A DNA stretch of 12,420 bases. It comes from Candidatus Hermodarchaeota archaeon. Lineage in GTDB: Archaea; Asgardarchaeota; Lokiarchaeia; Sigyniarchaeales; SOKP01. The stretch is from the NCBI GenBank assembly GCA_048885925.1, contig JBHLLG010000081.1:1-12420 (forward strand), written 5' to 3'. This document shows, piece by piece, positions 7,943-12,420 of this stretch. Below the pieces are notes generated by a model, which was given only the letters and a program-made list of their open reading frames with translations, did not search any database and had not been told where the DNA came from. Each line of letters opens with the position of its first letter. The first letter of the stretch is position 1. A program made the translations under genes and the position numbers.

Positions 7943-8477
7943 GAAAAATAAAGCAATTTTCTTAGATCGAGATGGTGTGTTAAATAAAGAAGTTAACTAT
8001 CTGTCAGATCCAAATGATTTTGAATTTATCGATGGTTCAATTGAAGCTTTAAAAATTCTAGAAAAGAAAGGTTTCTTGCTTATTGTAATTAGTAATCAAG
8101 CAGGTATTGCACGGGGTTATTTTTCTGAAGAAACACTTAAAAGAATTCATGAGAAAATGATAAATATTTTAAAACAAAACAAAACAAAATTGGATGCTAT
8201 TTATTACTGTCCTCACCATCCTGAATATACTGGTCCATGTGATTGCAGGAAACCAAATCCTGGTATGATATTTAAAGCACAATTAAAATATAATATTGAT
8301 TTAAAAAGATCTTATATAGTTGGAGATACTTTGAAAGATATACAAACTGGTAAAGCAGCTAGTTGTAAGACAGTCTTAGTTTTAACAGGTTATGGAAAGG
8401 AAGAACAAAAAAAACTAGATTCAATAATGCCAGACATGATATTTAAAAACTTAAAAGAATTTGCTATAAATATATAA
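7935..8477 (+). CDS. gmhB: D-glycero-D-manno-heptose-1,7-bisphosphate 7-phosphatase (HAD IIIA)
   Basis: Has FLDRDGVLN, SNQAGIARG, the Zn loop CPHH...CDCRKPNPGM and GDTLKD. ATG 7935 overlaps the rpe end by 8 nt (ATGAATAA), suggesting translational coupling. Confidence 0.92.
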   Translation: MNKKNKAIFLDRDGVLNKEVNYLSDPNDFEFIDGSIEALKILEKKGFLLIVISNQAGIARGYFSEETLKRIHEKMINILKQNKTKLDAIYYCPHHPEYTGPCDCRKPNPGMIFKAQLKYNIDLKRSYIVGDTLKDIQTGKAASCKTVLVLTGYGKEEQKKLDSIMPDMIFKNLKEFAINI

Positions 8478-8521
8478 TAACCAATTATCATTATAATCAA
8501 TAAAATTTAGCTGTGAAATGT

Positions 8522-9178
8522 ATGAAATTTTTTATAGATACTGCTAATTTAAAGCATATAAGAGAAATGCAAGAACTAGGTATAATAGATGGTGTGACAA
8601 CAAATCCTACACTTTTAGCGAAGGAAGGAGCTGAACCTATAGAACAATTGAGAAAAATTTGTGAAATTGTTGACGGGCCTGTTAGTGGAGAAGTTATAGG
8701 ATTAACTACAGAAGTTATGGTTAGAGAAGCACGTGAATTAGCCAAAATTGCTCCAAATATAGTAGTTAAAATTCCTTTTACAAAGGATGGGATTAAAGCA
8801 GTTAAAATCCTTGAATCGGAAGGGATTAAAACAAATGTTACTCTTGTTTTTTCACAGAATCAAGTTTTAATTGCTGCTAAAGCAGGAGCTTCGTATATTA
8901 GCCCTTTTATTGGAAGATTAATGGATAATGGACAAAATGAAATTGATATGCTCTGGGAATCAATGGAAATTATTCGTGCGTATGATTTTAAATCTGAAAT
9001 AATAGTTGCTTCGGTTAGAAATACTCGACATGTTATCGAATCTGCAAAAATGGGAGCTCATATTGCTACAATTCCCTTTGATGTTCTTGAAAAAATGTTC
9101 AAACATCCAAATACAGATCTTGGATTAGATGCATTTCTAAAAGATTGGGAAAAATTGCAAAATCAAATAAAAAAATAA
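8522..9178 (+). CDS. tal: Transaldolase (small TalC/FSA-fold type)
   Basis: Starts MKFFIDTAN at ATG 8522 (218 aa). Has GVTTNP, the Schiff-base Lys in VVKIP and NVTLVFS. Glu in GPVSGEV and Phe in YISPFIGR are the transaldolase pattern; fructose-6-phosphate aldolase has Gln/Tyr there. Confidence 0.9.
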   Translation: MKFFIDTANLKHIREMQELGIIDGVTTNPTLLAKEGAEPIEQLRKICEIVDGPVSGEVIGLTTEVMVREARELAKIAPNIVVKIPFTKDGIKAVKILESEGIKTNVTLVFSQNQVLIAAKAGASYISPFIGRLMDNGQNEIDMLWESMEIIRAYDFKSEIIVASVRNTRHVIESAKMGAHIATIPFDVLEKMFKHPNTDLGLDAFLKDWEKLQNQIKK

Positions 9179-9187
9179 TCCTAAAAT

Positions 9188-10186
9188 ATGACTTTTATTG
9201 ATGAAATTTCCAAATGGAATAAAAGGAAAGTATTAATTATAGGGGATGCTTTAATCGATAAGTATATCTTTGGATATACAAATAGTATTTCACCTGATGC
9301 ACCTGTGCCGAATGTTAAGATAGAAAATACTTCTGTTTACATAGGTGCAATAGGATTAGTGTTACAGTTTATACAATCTTTTGGAGGAATTCCCGAGGTT
9401 TGTACTATTGTAGGAAATGATTTTGAAGGAGACTTTTTTTTAAAAAAAATCAAAGAATTAAAAGTGGACTCAACGGGTATTTTAATAAAAGAAAAGATAA
9501 AGACTCCACAAATAACTCGAATAAAAGCAATGAATCAACATCTTTTAAGGTTAGAAACTGATTATAATAGCGATATTTCGAACTCGATAATAGAAGAATT
9601 TGAAGCTCTAATAAAAGATAGATCTAAAGATATTGGAGCAATATTAATTTTAGATTATGGCTTAGGAGGAATTTTTACTGATCAATTTATTCAAAAATTA
9701 TTAATTCTTCTAAAAAAAATCTATAAAAATGTTCCTATTATCGTTCGCCCCACAAAAACTAATTATTATTTATATGAAAACGTGGAATTAATTAAAATAA
9801 ATCTTCAGAAAGCTCTAGATACTTTTTCAATTGATTGTTGCAATGAAACAAGTATTAGTATTGCAGGAAAAAGAATTTTAAATTCCTCTAAATCTAAGAA
9901 TGTTTTACTAAATTATTTAGAAACTGATTCTTTTCTCTTTTCAAGAGAAATTGAAAAAGTAGAAAAATTCAGTCCAATTTTACAACAACCTGTTAGAAGT
10001 TATGTAGCAGTTGGTAGTGTCATTATGGCAGTACTGGGATTATCATATGCTTCTGGAATTTCGGTGTTAAATGCAGTAAAAATTGCTCTTTTTGCTGCTG
10101 CTCTTACAGCTACACTCCCTCCTGTTAAATTTTTTAAACCTGAGACACTTTCTAATTTTATATTAACTAAAATGAATAAAAAATAA
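9188..10186 (+). CDS. RfaE/HldE kinase-domain homologue (PfkB/ribokinase fold), predicted catalytically inactive
   Basis: 332 aa. VLIIGDALIDKY, ISPDAPVP, VGNDFEG, QHLLRLE and ILDYGLG match HldE domain I. The usual DVTGAGD appears as SYVAVGS, and NxxE appears as NLQK. Confidence 0.8.
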   Translation: MTFIDEISKWNKRKVLIIGDALIDKYIFGYTNSISPDAPVPNVKIENTSVYIGAIGLVLQFIQSFGGIPEVCTIVGNDFEGDFFLKKIKELKVDSTGILIKEKIKTPQITRIKAMNQHLLRLETDYNSDISNSIIEEFEALIKDRSKDIGAILILDYGLGGIFTDQFIQKLLILLKKIYKNVPIIVRPTKTNYYLYENVELIKINLQKALDTFSIDCCNETSISIAGKRILNSSKSKNVLLNYLETDSFLFSREIEKVEKFSPILQQPVRSYVAVGSVIMAVLGLSYASGISVLNAVKIALFAAALTATLPPVKFFKPETLSNFILTKMNKK

Positions 10187-10207
10187 TAAAATACGTTATT
10201 TAACAGA

Positions 10208-11062
10208 ATGGAATTATCTAAAACTGATGAGCGGACAATCTTAATTGATATTTTGGATATCAAAAAAGACATTTTAACGATGATATATAAAGCGCAATCA
10301 GGTCATCCAGGGGGTTCATTATCATGTGCAAATATAATTTATCTTCTTTATAACAATATTATGAGAATAAATCGTGAAAACCCTACTTGGGAGGATAGAG
10401 ATATATTTATTTTAAGTAAAGGACATGCTGCACCTGCTTTATATGCTGTTTTATCAAAATTTGGGTTCATAAGAAGAGAAGAACTATTTAGTTTAAGACA
10501 ATTTGGTTCAAAATTACAAGGACATCCTGTTAAAAATCCAGAATTCGGGGTAGAAATAACTACTGGATCTTTAGGTATGGGATTATCAATTGGGGTTGGA
10601 TGTGCTTTAAATTCTAAACTTGATCATAATGATAAATTTATATATGTTTTAATAGGAGATGGAGAATTAAATGAAGGTGCTATTTGGGAGGGTGCTATGT
10701 CAGCTAGCCATTTTAAATTAGATAACTTAATAGCAATAATAGATCGTAATGGTATACAGTTAGATGGATCAACAGAAGAAATAATGGCTTTAGAGCCATT
10801 AGCAGAAAAATGGAAAGCATTTGGATGGGAGGTCATCGAAATTGATGGATCAGACTTAAATCAGCTGTTGCAAGGATTTGAAAAATCTAAAAACATAATT
10901 GGCAAACCTAAAGTGATTGTATCTTACTTAATTAAAGGTTCTGATGTATCATTTATGCAACACACTCAAAAATATCATGGACGTGCACCAAATGAAGAAG
11001 AATTTAAGACTGCTATTAAAGAACTTGAAAATATAAAAATTAAATTAATAGAAGGTAATTAA
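10208..11062 (+). CDS. Transketolase, N-terminal (ThDP-binding) subunit
   Basis: 284 aa. Has SGHPGGSLS, RDIFILSKGHAAPALY, LQGHP, TTGSLGMG, the ThDP motif GDGELNEG...IDRN and HGRAP. Confidence 0.95.
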   Translation: MELSKTDERTILIDILDIKKDILTMIYKAQSGHPGGSLSCANIIYLLYNNIMRINRENPTWEDRDIFILSKGHAAPALYAVLSKFGFIRREELFSLRQFGSKLQGHPVKNPEFGVEITTGSLGMGLSIGVGCALNSKLDHNDKFIYVLIGDGELNEGAIWEGAMSASHFKLDNLIAIIDRNGIQLDGSTEEIMALEPLAEKWKAFGWEVIEIDGSDLNQLLQGFEKSKNIIGKPKVIVSYLIKGSDVSFMQHTQKYHGRAPNEEEFKTAIKELENIKIKLIEGN

Positions 11063-11066
11063 ATAA

Positions 11067-11990
11067 ATGTCTGAACCTCCTCTTAGAGACACTTTTGGAA
11101 ACTTTTTAATTGAAATTGGAAAAAAAGAAAAAGATATTATTGTTTTAGACGTTGATTTATCATCTTCTACAAGGACATCTAAATTTGCTAAAGCATTTCC
11201 GAATCGTTTCTTTAATTTGGGAATTGCGGAGCAAAATATGTTAGGAGTGGCAATGGGGTTTGCAATTTCTGGAAAAATTCCAGTTGTTAGTGGATTTTCA
11301 ATATTTACAACTGGAAGAGCATGGGAATTCATAAGATTTGCTTGCCATGATAACTTAAACGTAAAAATTATCACAACTCATGGGGGATTAGTAGGAGAAG
11401 ATGGTAGTACTCATAATGCATTAGAAGATTTTAGTTTAATGACATCACTCCCAAATTTAAAAGTATTAATACCCTCAGATAATATCGAATTAATAGAGAT
11501 TTTAAATTATGTATTAGAAACTGAAGGACCCTTTTATGTTAGGCTTCCAAGGGGTTCTTTCCCTAAAATCCATGAAGATAACTATAAATTTATGATAGGT
11601 GAACCTAATATATTGAAAAAAGGAAAGGATATTTGTTTAATTGGAACTGGTTATGGAGCTTTTTTAGCATTAAGATCAGCTCTTTTAATTGAGAAAGAAT
11701 TAAAAATAACACCAAAAGTGATTAATCTTCCTAGTATTAAACCTATAAATAAAAAATCTCTATTGAAGGAAATAAAATCAATCAAAGGAATTGTAGTAAT
11801 AGAGGAACATAATTTATATTGTGGATTTGGAAGTATACTGGCAAGAATTATTTCTGAGAGTAATCCAAAAATGATAAAATTCATTGGAATTAATAATTCA
11901 TATGGCGAATCTGGGAAGAGAGAGTTATTATTAGATTCATATGGCTTAAATGAAAAGGCAATTTTAGACCAAGTAAAAAGTATAATTTAA
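11067..11990 (+). CDS. Transketolase, C-terminal subunit
   Basis: 307 aa. Has DLSSST, FFNLGIAEQN, GEDGSTH, YVRLPR and IEEHN. Starts 4 bp after the N-terminal subunit stop. Confidence 0.95.
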   Translation: MSEPPLRDTFGNFLIEIGKKEKDIIVLDVDLSSSTRTSKFAKAFPNRFFNLGIAEQNMLGVAMGFAISGKIPVVSGFSIFTTGRAWEFIRFACHDNLNVKIITTHGGLVGEDGSTHNALEDFSLMTSLPNLKVLIPSDNIELIEILNYVLETEGPFYVRLPRGSFPKIHEDNYKFMIGEPNILKKGKDICLIGTGYGAFLALRSALLIEKELKITPKVINLPSIKPINKKSLLKEIKSIKGIVVIEEHNLYCGFGSILARIISESNPKMIKFIGINNSYGESGKRELLLDSYGLNEKAILDQVKSII

Positions 11991-12018
11991 GATTAATAGT
12001 ATAGAACTAGTTTATAAA

Positions 12019-12420
12019 TCAATTTGGTAAATAACCCATATCATTTAAAGCATTCAGAATTATAGTTTTGCTCTCTTCAATTGTTTGTTTATCTGTTTCA
12101 ACAATTATATCAGCATTATCTGGTTCTTCAAAGGGGTGATCAATTCCAGTGAAATCTTTAATCACACCTCTTCTTGCTTTTTCATACATTCCTTTAATAT
12201 CTCTCCTTTCGCATTCTTCAAGAGAGCACTTTACATAAACAAGAATATAGTCTCCAATCTCTTTCCGAGAATACTCTCTGATTTTATTATATGGTGAGAC
12301 AAATGAAGCAAGAACAGCAACTCCATTACGTGTCAAAATTTTGGCGACAAATGTAACTCTTTCTATATTCATGTTTCTATCCTCTTCTGTAAAGCCAAGA
12401 TCCCTTGTTAAACTTTTACG
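12019..12420 (-). CDS. cysC: Adenylyl-sulfate (APS) kinase, 5'-truncated by the window edge
   Basis: The frame is open to the window edge (RKSLTRDLGFTEEDRNMNIERV...). Has SFVSPY and RDIKGMYEKARRG-IKDFTGIDHPFEEP. The P-loop lies outside the window, and an N-terminal fusion cannot be excluded. Confidence 0.92.
   Translation of the reverse strand, partial: RKSLTRDLGFTEEDRNMNIERVTFVAKILTRNGVAVLASFVSPYNKIREYSRKEIGDYILVYVKCSLEECERRDIKGMYEKARRGVIKDFTGIDHPFEEPDNADIIVETDKQTIEESKTIILNALNDMGYLPN

Noticed and set aside
8522-9178. Fructose-6-phosphate aldolase (fsa) call
   Set aside because: The diagnostic Glu/Phe pair and the transketolase context indicate transaldolase.
9188-10186. Calling the RfaE-like gene a pseudogene
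   Set aside because: It is full length with no stops or frameshifts and tight operon spacing. Only the catalytic motifs are altered.
10208-11990. Split transketolase as a frameshift or novelty
   Set aside because: Two-subunit transketolases are well known in archaea and many bacteria, and each half has proper termini.
8497-12297. Short ORFs 8497-8745, 10000-10272, 10624-10836, 11045-11374, 11651-11884 (-) and 12085-12297 (+)
   Set aside because: All are antisense to well-supported genes, with the Ile/Ser/Phe-rich composition typical of shadow frames.
1-12420. CRISPR arrays, tRNA/rRNA, IS elements, inteins or stop-codon recoding
   Set aside because: None was seen by eye: no spaced direct repeats, no GC-rich structured segment and no transposase. 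All complete ORFs are near family length without internal stops.

Overview
Very AT-rich, gene-dense prokaryotic window, most likely archaeal. The IleRS has the archaeal-style HIGT-AWNK motif and the transketolase is split; an Asgard/Lokiarchaeia-like origin is a guess. Layout: ileS (+); two extended-SDR nucleotide-sugar enzymes (-); a 224-bp divergent intergenic region with long imperfect palindromes; an 8-gene (+) cluster, hddA-gmhA-rpe-gmhB-tal-[RfaE/HldE kinase-like]-tktN-tktC; and a convergent, 5'-truncated APS kinase (cysC). The cluster interleaves the non-oxidative pentose phosphate enzymes that make sedoheptulose-7-phosphate with the enzymes that convert it to D-glycero-alpha-D-manno-heptose-1-phosphate. 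Most unusual: the RfaE/HldE-kinase homologue is an intact ORF that keeps its N-terminal family motifs but has lost the PfkB GAGD and NxxE motifs, so it looks like a heptose-pathway pseudokinase. No heptose nucleotidyltransferase, rpi, RNA gene, CRISPR array or mobile element is visible. All motif comparisons are from memory and no searches were run.
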